Of a DNA stretch of 14,825 bases, positions 1 through 8,000 are shown piece by piece. Within the stretch, counting starts at the first letter, position 1, and the number at the start of each line of letters is the position of its first letter. Source of the DNA: Gemmatimonadota bacterium. GTDB taxonomy: Bacteria > Gemmatimonadota > Gemmatimonadetes > Longimicrobiales > RSA9. The translations under genes were made by a program, and so were the position numbers. The notes under the pieces are model-generated. The model searched no databases, was not told where the DNA came from, and saw nothing but the letters and a program-made list of their open reading frames with translations. The stretch is from positions 1 to 14,825 of the forward strand of contig JBBDRO010000114.1 of NCBI GenBank assembly GCA_040905425.1. Reading direction: 5' to 3'.

Positions 1-19
1 CACGCCGGCAACAAGGCCC

Positions 20-48
20 TTGCGTGCGGCGCATCACCCCCTTAGACT
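20..48 (+). promoter_or_regulatory. Putative sigma70-type promoter for the lipoprotein/TPR-HD-GYP operon
   Basis: TTGCGT (20-25), 17-bp spacer, TAGACT (43-48). Implies a TSS near 55 and a leader of about 180 nt. Confidence 0.5.
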
Positions 49-235
49 AGTCACCTGCGCCCTGCCCGGCGCGCCGACTCCCCGCGGCTCCGGGCGTTCG
101 TGTGCGCAAAAAAAATGCAACGCGACGGACTCTGGAGATTCCTGCGAGGATCTCCACAGCCGCACCCGCCGGCCCCGGGAGCTGCCCTCCCACCGGGGTG
201 GTCCGTACGCGTAAGACCCGATTCAGGAGAACACC

Positions 236-829
236 ATGCTGCATCGTCGCGCTTCTTATGCCGCCCTGGCGGTAGTACTCGCCTTCTCCATGTCGAGCTG
301 CGACAGCGCCGACATCCTGCAGCCCACCGACGCCGCGCCCCAGTTCAACCAGGGGAACGGTAACGGCAATGGCGTAAACAACGCGCCGGGGCAGCAGAGG
401 CAGCTCTGGGATGCTCTGGCCGACATCACCGCCTATGAGGTTGATGAGGATCATGCCTATATCGACCGCTCAGGTGGTAGCCTGGCGGCGGCCACCTCGG
501 CTGACGAACCTACCTATGCCTTCTCGCTCGTAGTCCCGAGGAACGCCGTCCGCACCTCGACTCTCTTCACGATGGGCGTGGAGGATGTCGATGACGTTGT
601 CAGTGTGGAACTGACGGCGGACGATGGGCAGGACATCGGTTCCAGAGACTTCAACCGACCGGTGACACTCTGCCTCAATCTCACCCTCGCGGATGAGACC
701 GGCACGCTCGGGCTGGAGTTCGAAGGCAGGGAGATCCCCACCTACCAGTTCACCAATCCCGAGGACGATAACGATTACCTCTGCGCCAATCTGACGCACT
801 TCTCCCGCTTCATCATCATCCATAACTAA
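236..829 (+). CDS. Predicted lipoprotein (197 aa) with a ZU5-like beta-rich domain and a C-terminal HFS motif
   Basis: SD-like AGGAG just upstream. Basic N-terminus, hydrophobic stretch and lipobox-like SMSS-C. NQGNGNGNGVNN linker, then an acidic beta-rich region (IDRSGGSL...LVVPRNAV...RPVTLCL...LTHFSRF) resembling ZU5-type domains. Confidence 0.75.
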   Translation: MLHRRASYAALAVVLAFSMSSCDSADILQPTDAAPQFNQGNGNGNGVNNAPGQQRQLWDALADITAYEVDEDHAYIDRSGGSLAAATSADEPTYAFSLVVPRNAVRTSTLFTMGVEDVDDVVSVELTADDGQDIGSRDFNRPVTLCLNLTLADETGTLGLEFEGREIPTYQFTNPEDDNDYLCANLTHFSRFIIIHN

Positions 830-832
830 CGG

Positions 833-2452
833 ATGAAAGCCGCGCAGATCTCCTCGACGCCCGGGCAGCTCGATCCGCCCGCCGATCTCAGCGAACTCGA
901 CGCCCTCGTCGAGCGGGCGCGGAGCGCACACACGAGCGGCGAGTGGACGCAGGCGCTGGAGCTCTACGAGGAGGCGTACCAACGCGCCATCCACGAAGGG
1001 GACGCGGCGGACATCGCGCGTCTGCTGCGCTGGAGCGGTCAGGTCCATGCCGAGCGCGGCGAGCCCGAACTGGCGGAGGAGCTCTACGACGCCAGCCTGG
1101 CCATCGCGGAGGCCAATCGCCTGGACAAGGACATCGTCAACGTGCTGTCCAGCCGCGCGGCGCTGGAGCAGTTCGGCGGCCAGCCGGACCGGGCCGAGCT
1201 GCTCTACAACCGTGCCCGCACGCTGGCCGCCCATCTGGGTGACGATCGGCTGGCGGCCTCGGTGGACCAGAACATGGGCGTGCTGGCCAATATGCGCGGG
1301 GACATGGCCTCCGCCCTGGTCAGCTACACCTCCGCCCTCCTCTGCTACCGCCGCCTGGGTGACGACCGCGCCGCCACGGCCGCCCTGAACAACATGGGCA
1401 TGGCGCATCTGGACCTGGAGGACGTGGAGGCCGCGGAGGCCTGCTTCAACCAGGCCTTCGAACTGGCCAGCACCACGCGGGACATGTTCACGCTGGCCTC
1501 CGTGCAGCTCAACAAGGCGGAGCTCTTCCTGCGTCGCCAGCAGTACGAGCAGGCGCGCGAGTGCTGTGACGAGGGCTTCGGCATCTTCACGAACATCGAG
1601 TCCAAGCTGGGACTGGCCGACGCCTACAAGTTCTACGGCGTCCTTTACCGCGAGACCGGCAAGCCCCATCTGGCCGACATCCACCTGGGTCTGGCCTGGA
1701 ACCTGGCCAACGGCTCCGGTGATCGTCTCCTGCAGGCCGAGGTCAAGCACGAGCTGGCCCGCGTCCACCTCGACGAGAGCCGTAGCCTGGACGCCATCCG
1801 CTCGCTGAACCAGGCGCACGCCCTCTATCACGAGGTGCAGGCGCGCCGCGAGATCCTGGACATCGAGCACCAGATCGACGAGCTGGAAGACACCTACCTG
1901 CGCGTCGTGCGGCACTGGGGCACCGAGACCATCGAGACCAAGGACCCCTACACGCTGGGCCACTCCGAGCGCGTGGCGGACTATACGTGCAAGCTGGCCG
2001 AGGCGGTCGGCGTGGGCGGGCGCGATCTCACCTGGCTCCGCATGGGCGCCTTCCTGCACGACGTGGGCAAGACGGTGGTGCCCGCCTCCGTGCTCGTGAA
2101 GCCCGGCGTGCTGAACGAGAGCGAGTGGCACCTCATGAAGAAGCACACTCTCGTGGGGGACGAGATCGTGGGCGGGCTCGACCTCCCCTATAACGTGCGC
2201 CCCATGGTACGGGGCCACCACGAGCGCTGGGATGGCCACGGCTATCCCGATCGCCTGGCGGGCACGGACATCCCCCTGACCGCGCGCATCCTGGCCGTGG
2301 CGGATGTCTTCGACGCGCTCACCACCGCCCGCAGCTACCGCCACCCCTTCTCCAAGCACGAAGCGCAGCGCATCCTCCGCCACCAGGCCGGCCGCGCGCT
2401 CGACCCTGAGCTGGTGGACGCCTTCGAAGACGTGGTGGCCCTGACCGGCTGA
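833..2452 (+). CDS. Tetratricopeptide-repeat protein with a C-terminal HD-GYP cyclic-dinucleotide phosphodiesterase domain (539 aa)
   Basis: About 40-aa helical repeats (e.g. AASVDQNMGVLANMRGD, ATAALNNMGMAHLDLED), then intact HD-GYP motifs ETKDPYTLGHSERVA, LHDVGK, HHERWDGHGYP and AVADVFDALTTARSYR. Starts 3 bp after the previous stop. Confidence 0.93.
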   Translation: MKAAQISSTPGQLDPPADLSELDALVERARSAHTSGEWTQALELYEEAYQRAIHEGDAADIARLLRWSGQVHAERGEPELAEELYDASLAIAEANRLDKDIVNVLSSRAALEQFGGQPDRAELLYNRARTLAAHLGDDRLAASVDQNMGVLANMRGDMASALVSYTSALLCYRRLGDDRAATAALNNMGMAHLDLEDVEAAEACFNQAFELASTTRDMFTLASVQLNKAELFLRRQQYEQARECCDEGFGIFTNIESKLGLADAYKFYGVLYRETGKPHLADIHLGLAWNLANGSGDRLLQAEVKHELARVHLDESRSLDAIRSLNQAHALYHEVQARREILDIEHQIDELEDTYLRVVRHWGTETIETKDPYTLGHSERVADYTCKLAEAVGVGGRDLTWLRMGAFLHDVGKTVVPASVLVKPGVLNESEWHLMKKHTLVGDEIVGGLDLPYNVRPMVRGHHERWDGHGYPDRLAGTDIPLTARILAVADVFDALTTARSYRHPFSKHEAQRILRHQAGRALDPELVDAFEDVVALTG

Positions 2453-2457
2453 GTTTC

Positions 2458-2473
2458 AAGCGACGTCCCCGCG
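2458..2473 (+). repeat. Dispersed 16-bp repeat AAGCGACGTCCCCGCG, copy 1
   Basis: Exact match to 11438-11453 and 14200-14215. Confidence 0.85.
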
Positions 2474-2478
2474 CAAGC

Positions 2479-2529
2479 TCCCCGCGCTCATCTCATCCGC
2501 CACGCCCGTTCCCCGCGCTCATCGCATCC
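2479..2529 (+). repeat. 20-bp direct repeat pair TCCCCGCGCTCATC(T/G)CATCC with a 31-bp period
   Basis: 2479-2498 vs 2510-2529, 19/20 identical, intergenic. Confidence 0.7.
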
Positions 2530-2598
2530 CCGCCGCATCGCGTCGCACACCTGCCGATCCGCCCGGACCCGTGCCACCCGGCCCCGCGTCACCCGGCC

Positions 2599-2633
2599 CC
2601 GGCTTGTCTTCGGTTTACGTTCGGTATTAGCTT
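2599..2633 (+). promoter_or_regulatory. imuB promoter with candidate operator TTCGG-N6-TTCGG
   Basis: -35 TTGTCT (2604-2609), -10 TAGCTT (2628-2633), TTCGG at 2609-2613 and 2620-2624. 22/26 identical to 11383-11408 upstream of dnaE2. Confidence 0.7.
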
Positions 2634-2639
2634 GTGCGC

Positions 2640-3983
2640 ATGGCCATCATATGTCTGGAAGCGCCCGCCTGGCGGCGCGCCCCCGGTCCCGACCCCGCTC
2701 CCGGTCCCGATCCCGCCCTGCAGGCGCCGCTCCTGGCGCTGGCGCCGCGCGTGGCGCTGGAGGTCCGGGGTGCGCTCTGGGCGGACGGGCGGGGGCTGGA
2801 CGCCGCGGCGCTGGCCAGCCGGCTCCTGGCGCGGCTGGGGGAGCTGGGGGTGCGGGAAGCACGGGCCGGGGTGGCGGACACGCCCGTGGCCGCGCGGGCC
2901 GCGGCGCGCACGGCGGGGGCGGGGGTGCGCGTGGTGCCGCCGGGCACGGACCGCGCCTTCCTGGCGCCGCTGCCGCTGGTGGTCCTGGACATCGACGAGC
3001 CGCTGCTGCTCCTGCTGGACGGCGTGGGCGTGGCCACGTGCGGAGCGCTGGCGGCGGTGCCGCGGGAGGCGGTGGAGGTGCGCTTCGGCGGGGCCGCGGT
3101 GACGCCGTGGCGCCGCGCCCGCGCTGATGATGCGCGCCGCCTCTTCGCCGCCCCGCTCCCCGTGCAGCCGCACGCGTCCATGGACTTCGTGGACTACGTG
3201 GTGACGGATCCCGAGCGGCTGGTGTTCACCGCCAACGCGCTGCTCGGGCGGCTCCTGGAGGGGCTGGCCGGGCGGGGCGAGCACGCCCGTGCCCTCACGC
3301 TTTCCCTCCCCCTGGCCAACGGCCAGACGTGGCGCCGCACGCTGCGTGCGGCCCGGCCCACGGCCAGCCGGGAGCTGTGGCTGCGCCGCCTGCGGGACGT
3401 CCTGGACCGGCTCACCGTGGATGACGCGGTGGCGGGGATGGCCCTGCGCGTGGAGGGCGCCGAGGCGGCCGGCTCCGTGCAGGGGGACCTGTTCGACCCG
3501 GGCTTTGCCTCGGCGGGGGCGGCGGAGGCGGCGGTGGCCCGCCTGCTGGACACGGGCACGGCCGTGGTGGAGGCCCGGCCGGGGCGGCATCCGCTCGCGG
3601 AGCGCCGCACGGTGTGGCAGCCCGTGGCGCCGGAGGTGGTGCGCGAGCGCCCGTGCTCCGCCGGGGCGGGGCAACCCGCCGCGGTGGCCAGCGCCGCGGC
3701 GGAGGCGGCGGGCGCCCTCACCCTGCAGCTCCTGCCCGAGCCCCGCCCGGTGAGGGTGGAGACGGTGGCGCGCCGGGATCATCAGCGCCCGCTACGCTAC
3801 CATGACGGCCGCTGGCACCAGCTGGAGACGGTGGCGGGCCCCGAGCGGGTCTCGGGGGGCGTGTGGGAGGAGGAGGCCTACGCCCGGGAGTACTTCCGGG
3901 CCGTGACCGGCCAGGGCGCGCTGGTGTGGCTCTTCCGGGACGCCGTGCGGGACCGCTGGTTCCTGCACGGCTGGTGGGACTAG
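2640..3983 (+). CDS. imuB: ImuB-like catalytically inactive Y-family DNA polymerase (mutasome accessory subunit)
   Basis: Y-family-like segments (ARAGVADTPVAARAAAR, FLAPLPLVVL, LDGVGVATCGALAAVPREAVEVRFG), beta-clamp motif QGDLF (3480-3494), and the typical ImuB C-terminus GPERVSGGVW...AREYFR...GALVWLFRD...RWFLHGWWD. Start is ATG 2640 or GTG 2634. Confidence 0.88.
   Translation: MAIICLEAPAWRRAPGPDPAPGPDPALQAPLLALAPRVALEVRGALWADGRGLDAAALASRLLARLGELGVREARAGVADTPVAARAAARTAGAGVRVVPPGTDRAFLAPLPLVVLDIDEPLLLLLDGVGVATCGALAAVPREAVEVRFGGAAVTPWRRARADDARRLFAAPLPVQPHASMDFVDYVVTDPERLVFTANALLGRLLEGLAGRGEHARALTLSLPLANGQTWRRTLRAARPTASRELWLRRLRDVLDRLTVDDAVAGMALRVEGAEAAGSVQGDLFDPGFASAGAAEAAVARLLDTGTAVVEARPGRHPLAERRTVWQPVAPEVVRERPCSAGAGQPAAVASAAAEAAGALTLQLLPEPRPVRVETVARRDHQRPLRYHDGRWHQLETVAGPERVSGGVWEEEAYAREYFRAVTGQGALVWLFRDAVRDRWFLHGWWD
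2682..2717 (+). repeat. Tandem 18-bp repeat encoding (PGPDPA)2 in the ImuB N-terminus
   Basis: CCCGGTCCCGACCCCGCT / CCCGGTCCCGATCCCGCC. Confidence 0.7.
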
Positions 3984-5350
3984 TCGCTGGCCACCCAGAC
4001 CGTCTTGACGTTCACGAACTCCCGGATCCCGAACGCGGACAGCTCGCGGCCGTAGCCCGAGCGCTTCACCCCGCCGAAGGGCAGCCGCGGGTCGGAGGCC
4101 ACCATGCCGTTGATGAAGACGGCCCCCGCCTCCAGGGCGTCCATGAAGCGCTCCTGCTCGGCGGGCTCGCGGGTCCAGGCCGCCGCCCCCAGTCCGAAGG
4201 AGGTGGCGTTGGCCACGCGCAGCGCCTCCTCCACGTCCGCCACGCGGAAGAGCGCCGCCACCGGGCCGAAGAGCTCTTCCTCCCATGCCGGCGAACCCTC
4301 GGCCACGTCCGTGAGCACGGTGGGCGGATAGAAATTGCCGGGCCCCTCCAGCGGCTCACCACCCGTGAGCACGCGGGCGCCGGCGGCCACGGAGCGGCGC
4401 ACCTGGTCGTGCAGCTCCTCGCGGATGGCCGCGGTGGCCAGCGGCCCCACGTCCGTGGCGTCGTCCATGGGGTCGCCCACCGTGAGGCCCGCCATGCGCG
4501 CCACGAACAGGCGCTCGAACTCCGCGGCCACGTCCGCGTGCACGATGAAGCGCTTGGCCGCGATGCACGACTGCCCGTTGTTGATGGTGCGCGCCTTCAC
4601 CGCCGTTTCGGCGGCCACCTCCAGGTCCGCGCTCGGCATCACCACGAAGGCGTCGCTGCCGCCCAGCTCGAGCACGGTGGGCTTGATGTGCCTGCCGGCC
4701 GCCGCGCCCACGGCGCTGCCGGCGCCCTCGCTGCCCGTGAGCGTGGCGGCGCGCACGCGCGGGTCGGCCAGGATGCCCTCCACCGGGCCGCTGCCGATGA
4801 GCAGCGTCTGGAAGGCGTCCGGGGTCACGCCCGCGCGCCGGAAGATGTCCTCGATGGCCAGCGCGCACTGCGGCACGTTGGAGGCGTGCTTGAGGAGCCC
4901 CACGTTGCCGGCCATGAGCGCCGGCGCCGCGAAGCGGAAGACCTGCCAGTAGGGGAAGTTCCAGGGCATGACGGCCAGCACCGGGCCGAGCGGCTGGTAG
5001 CGGATGAAGCTACGCGCAGCGCCCGTGGCCACCGGCTCGTCGGCCAGCTGCGCCGGGGCGTGCTCCGCGTAGTAGCGGCACACCCAGGCGCACTTCTCCG
5101 CCTCCGCCACGGCGGCCCCGAGTGGCTTGCCCATCTCCAGCGTCATGGTGCGGCCCAGCTCCGCCTTCTCCGCCTCCAGGATCTCCGCCGCCCGCAGGAG
5201 CCAGCCCGCCCGCTCGGCGAAGGACGTGGCGCGGTGGCGCTCGAAGGCCGTCCAGGCCCGCGCCAGGCGCGCCTCGAGTTCCTGGCTGGAGAGCGCTTCG
5301 AAGGTGCGGAGGGTCTCCCCGGTAGCGGGGTTCACGCTGGCTATGGCCAT
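3980..5350 (-). CDS. gabD: NAD(P)-dependent succinate-semialdehyde dehydrogenase-like aldehyde dehydrogenase (456 aa)
   Basis: MAIASVNPATGE start with AGGA SD. Motifs MPWNFP, LLKHAS, LTGSEGAG, LELGGSD, NNGQSC (catalytic Cys), EELFGP and PFGGVKRSGYGREL. The track's 5449 start overlaps the upstream gene, so 5350 is preferred. Its stop overlaps the imuB stop (CTAG). Confidence 0.9.
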   Translation of the reverse strand: MAIASVNPATGETLRTFEALSSQELEARLARAWTAFERHRATSFAERAGWLLRAAEILEAEKAELGRTMTLEMGKPLGAAVAEAEKCAWVCRYYAEHAPAQLADEPVATGAARSFIRYQPLGPVLAVMPWNFPYWQVFRFAAPALMAGNVGLLKHASNVPQCALAIEDIFRRAGVTPDAFQTLLIGSGPVEGILADPRVRAATLTGSEGAGSAVGAAAGRHIKPTVLELGGSDAFVVMPSADLEVAAETAVKARTINNGQSCIAAKRFIVHADVAAEFERLFVARMAGLTVGDPMDDATDVGPLATAAIREELHDQVRRSVAAGARVLTGGEPLEGPGNFYPPTVLTDVAEGSPAWEEELFGPVAALFRVADVEEALRVANATSFGLGAAAWTREPAEQERFMDALEAGAVFINGMVASDPRLPFGGVKRSGYGRELSAFGIREFVNVKTVWVASD

Positions 5351-5354
5351 GGTC

Positions 5355-6116
5355 CTAACGGATGCGGGTGAAGCTGGTGCCCGCCGCGGGATTGGTGCCG
5401 CGGAGGATGCGCAGGTCGCCGTCCACGATGAGGTGGCCCTGGCTACCACCCACGCTCAGGATCACCGAATCCGGCGCGGCCCAGACCACCGTGCCCAGAA
5501 AGGTGGTGCCGGCCCCGCGCAGCAGGAAGATGGGCACCTGCACCGAATCCCCGCCCAGGACCCGCGCGCGCCGCAGCACCTGCTCCATGAGCCCCACCGA
5601 CGGGCTGAGGTAGGGGATGGCGCCGTGGTCGGTGCCCACCCGCGATTCGGTGGTCACGCCGCCCTGCCGCGCCGTGCCGATCAGGCTGTCCCCGCGGAAG
5701 CTGCCGCGCGCCACCTCGGCGGGTTCGGCGTTGGCGGGGGCGCCCGCCGGCCAGCCGCGGAGCTCCACGCTCTGCACGCGCGCGTCAGCGGTCAGCTCCG
5801 CGCGATAGGCGGTGCGCGGTCCCCCGGGCGAGCGCAGCTCGCCGGTGAGCATGCCCGCCTCCCGGGCAAAGTGCTCGAAGCCCATGGTGTCCACGGCGCC
5901 GCCGGCGCCGTGGCGCAGGAACACGAAGGTGCGCGGGGAGGGGTCGGCCACCGCGGGGAGGGTGCCGGGCGTCGTCGCTTCAGAAGAAGGTTCGGAGGAA
6001 CCGGACAGTGCGGCTGTATCCGCGCGGGCGGCGGCCGATTCCCGGGGCGGGGGCGCGTCCCCGCCGCACGCCGTGACCAGGCAGGCGGCCAGCGAGAGCA
6101 GTGCGGTGCGCATCAT
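5355..6116 (-). CDS. Hypothetical lipoprotein (about 253 aa)
   Basis: MMRTALLSLAACLVTA-C lipobox, Pro/Ser/Ala-rich tether, then a beta-rich domain. Ends 4 bp before the ALDH start, so probably an operon. The true start lies inside the 5355..6602 track ORF. Confidence 0.75.
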   Translation of the reverse strand: MMRTALLSLAACLVTACGGDAPPPRESAAARADTAALSGSSEPSSEATTPGTLPAVADPSPRTFVFLRHGAGGAVDTMGFEHFAREAGMLTGELRSPGGPRTAYRAELTADARVQSVELRGWPAGAPANAEPAEVARGSFRGDSLIGTARQGGVTTESRVGTDHGAIPYLSPSVGLMEQVLRRARVLGGDSVQVPIFLLRGAGTTFLGTVVWAAPDSVILSVGGSQGHLIVDGDLRILRGTNPAAGTSFTRIR

Positions 6117-6255
6117 GGATCCAGGATAGAGGGAGCGGCCCGCCGGCGACAGACCGCCCCGCGGAAACTCCGGCGGGCCTCCACGCGTAAGAGGAAACAT
6201 GGTCGGCGCCGCCCGGCGCCGTTGCGCAGCTCGATCACGACCCGGAGAGCCAACC

Positions 6256-7956
6256 ATGCGCCTGCTCATCTGTCTGCTCGCCGCCGTCCTGGCCGCCCCG
6301 CTCCAGGCACAGGAGCTGGATCCCTGGCGGGACGGCCTGCCATCCGCCACCGCCGAACGCATCGAGGCGCTGCTCGCCGATCCGGCCACCGTGCGCTTCC
6401 ACGGCAACGCCACCGTGCCCGCGGAGCAGGTCGTGGACGGCGCCGTGGTGGCCGAAGGGGGCGTGCTCCGCGTGACCGGCACCGTGCGCGGCCAGCTGGT
6501 CACCCTGGGCGCGGAGCTGGTGCTCGAGCCGGGCGCCCGTGTGCTGGGTGACGTGTTGGTGGTGGACGGCGTCCTGCGCGGGGAGGAGGATGCCGAGATC
6601 ACGGGCTCCGTGACCGTCTACGGCCCGTCCGACAACTGGACGCGCGTGCGCGGTATGCACGGCTCCGCGGACCGCTGGGACGACTACGATGGCCGCCTCC
6701 GTAGCCGGCGGGGGGACGCGGATTTCCGGGTGGAGGTGGCGGGCAACTACAACCGCGTGGAAGGGCTGCCGGTAGCCTTCGGGCCCGACATCCGCACCGG
6801 CGGCCGCCTGCCCATGCGTATCGAGGCGCTGGCCATCTGGCGCACGGACGCTGGCCCGCTCACCAACGCCGAGCGCATGGGCTACCTGGCCCGCGCGGAG
6901 CAGTTCCTGCCCGGCGGCGCGCTCCGCCTGGGTGCCAGCCTGCGCTCCACGGTGGGGCCCATCGAGGCGTGGAGCGTCACGGACGTGGAGGCGTCGCTGG
7001 CCACCGCCGTGCTGCATGAGGACCAGCGGGACTATTTCGAGCGGGAGGGCTGGAGCGCCTATGCGCGGCTGGCGCCCCGGGGCTCCCCGCTGGACGCGGT
7101 CGTGGAGTACCGGGACGAGCGCCATGGCTCGCTGGCCGCGCGCGACCCGTGGACGCTGTTCTCCGGCGGCAGCGCGTGGCGGCTGCAGCCGCTCGTGGGG
7201 GAGGGGCGGATCCGCTCGCTGCACGGGACCTTGAGCCTGGATGGGGTGCGCGGCTGGGACTTCGGCCGGCGGGGATGGTATGCGGCGGCCACGCTCGAGC
7301 ACGTGCTGGACGGGCAGCTCACCGTCCCGCCGCTGGCCCCGCTGCCGGGCACCCCCGGCGAGATCCAACTCGGGCCCGCGTTCGACGCGGGCTACACCAC
7401 GGCGCTCCTCGACCTGCGGCGCTACCAGTACGCCGGCCGCGGTGGCATCCTGGGCCTGCGCGTGGTGGCGGGCGGTGGCCTGGAGAAGGCGCCGCTGCCG
7501 CCGCAGTTCCAGCACGCGCTGGGCGGGGCGGGCTCGCTCCCGGGCTACAGCTTCTTCTCGGCGGATTGCGGCGCGCGCGCCCTTGTGGGAACGCGCGGTG
7601 ACGGGCCCGGCGAAGCACGCTTCCACCCCGCCTACGGGTGCGACCGCTTCGGCCTGGTACAGGCGGAGTATCGCGGCGGCTTCGACCTCCACTTCGGCGG
7701 CCGGGACCACCGGGAGGGCAGGGCGCGCGGTTGGCGCCACCATGACTTCGACGTGGACGTGGACTGGACCGTCTTCTTCGACGCGGGCCGGGGCTACGCC
7801 TACGCGGCCGACGGCCGCACCGCCGGGGACACGGGCACGCTCTACGACGTGGGCGCGGGCATCGTGCTCGGGGACGTGGGTATCTACGGCGCCGCGCCGC
7901 TCACGGGCACCGACCGGGATCTGCGCTTCTTCGTGCGGCTGGGGCCGCGCTTCTGA
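6256..7956 (+). CDS. Omp85/BamA-TamA-like outer-membrane beta-barrel protein with an N-terminal bactofilin-like (polymer-forming cytoskeletal) domain (566 aa)
   Basis: GGAGAG SD and signal peptide MRLLICLLAAVLAAPLQA-Q. V/G-rich beta-helix-like repeats (VDGAVVAEGGVLRVTGTVRGQLVTLG...VLGDVLVVDG), YNRVEGL motif, L6-like LGGAGSLPGY, VFFDAGRGY, and C-terminal beta-signal RFFVRLGPRF ending in Phe. Confidence 0.75.
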   Translation: MRLLICLLAAVLAAPLQAQELDPWRDGLPSATAERIEALLADPATVRFHGNATVPAEQVVDGAVVAEGGVLRVTGTVRGQLVTLGAELVLEPGARVLGDVLVVDGVLRGEEDAEITGSVTVYGPSDNWTRVRGMHGSADRWDDYDGRLRSRRGDADFRVEVAGNYNRVEGLPVAFGPDIRTGGRLPMRIEALAIWRTDAGPLTNAERMGYLARAEQFLPGGALRLGASLRSTVGPIEAWSVTDVEASLATAVLHEDQRDYFEREGWSAYARLAPRGSPLDAVVEYRDERHGSLAARDPWTLFSGGSAWRLQPLVGEGRIRSLHGTLSLDGVRGWDFGRRGWYAAATLEHVLDGQLTVPPLAPLPGTPGEIQLGPAFDAGYTTALLDLRRYQYAGRGGILGLRVVAGGGLEKAPLPPQFQHALGGAGSLPGYSFFSADCGARALVGTRGDGPGEARFHPAYGCDRFGLVQAEYRGGFDLHFGGRDHREGRARGWRHHDFDVDVDWTVFFDAGRGYAYAADGRTAGDTGTLYDVGAGIVLGDVGIYGAAPLTGTDRDLRFFVRLGPRF

Positions 7957-7960
7957 CGGC

Positions 7961-8000
7961 CGCGGGGGGGGGGGGGGGCCCGCCGCCCCCTCCCGCCCTC
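7961..8000. terminator. GC-rich hairpin between convergent genes (G15 tract pairing with a C-rich arm)
   Basis: G run 7964-7978 followed by CCCGCCGCCCCCTCCCGCCCTC, between stops at 7956 and 8001. No U-tract. Confidence 0.4.

Noticed and set aside
470..2383. 637-aa minus-strand ORF
   Set aside because: Antisense shadow of the TPR-HD-GYP gene; no recognisable motifs; typical of high-GC DNA.
2508..2523. GTTCCCCGCGC resembles the 5' half of type I-E CRISPR repeats
   Set aside because: No complementary GCGGGGAT arm, only an 11-bp gap between units, no regular array and no cas genes.
3863..6551. Long plus-strand ORFs 3863..5371 and 5127..6551
   Set aside because: Shadows of the ALDH and lipoprotein genes on the minus strand; Arg/Gly/His-rich with no domain signal.
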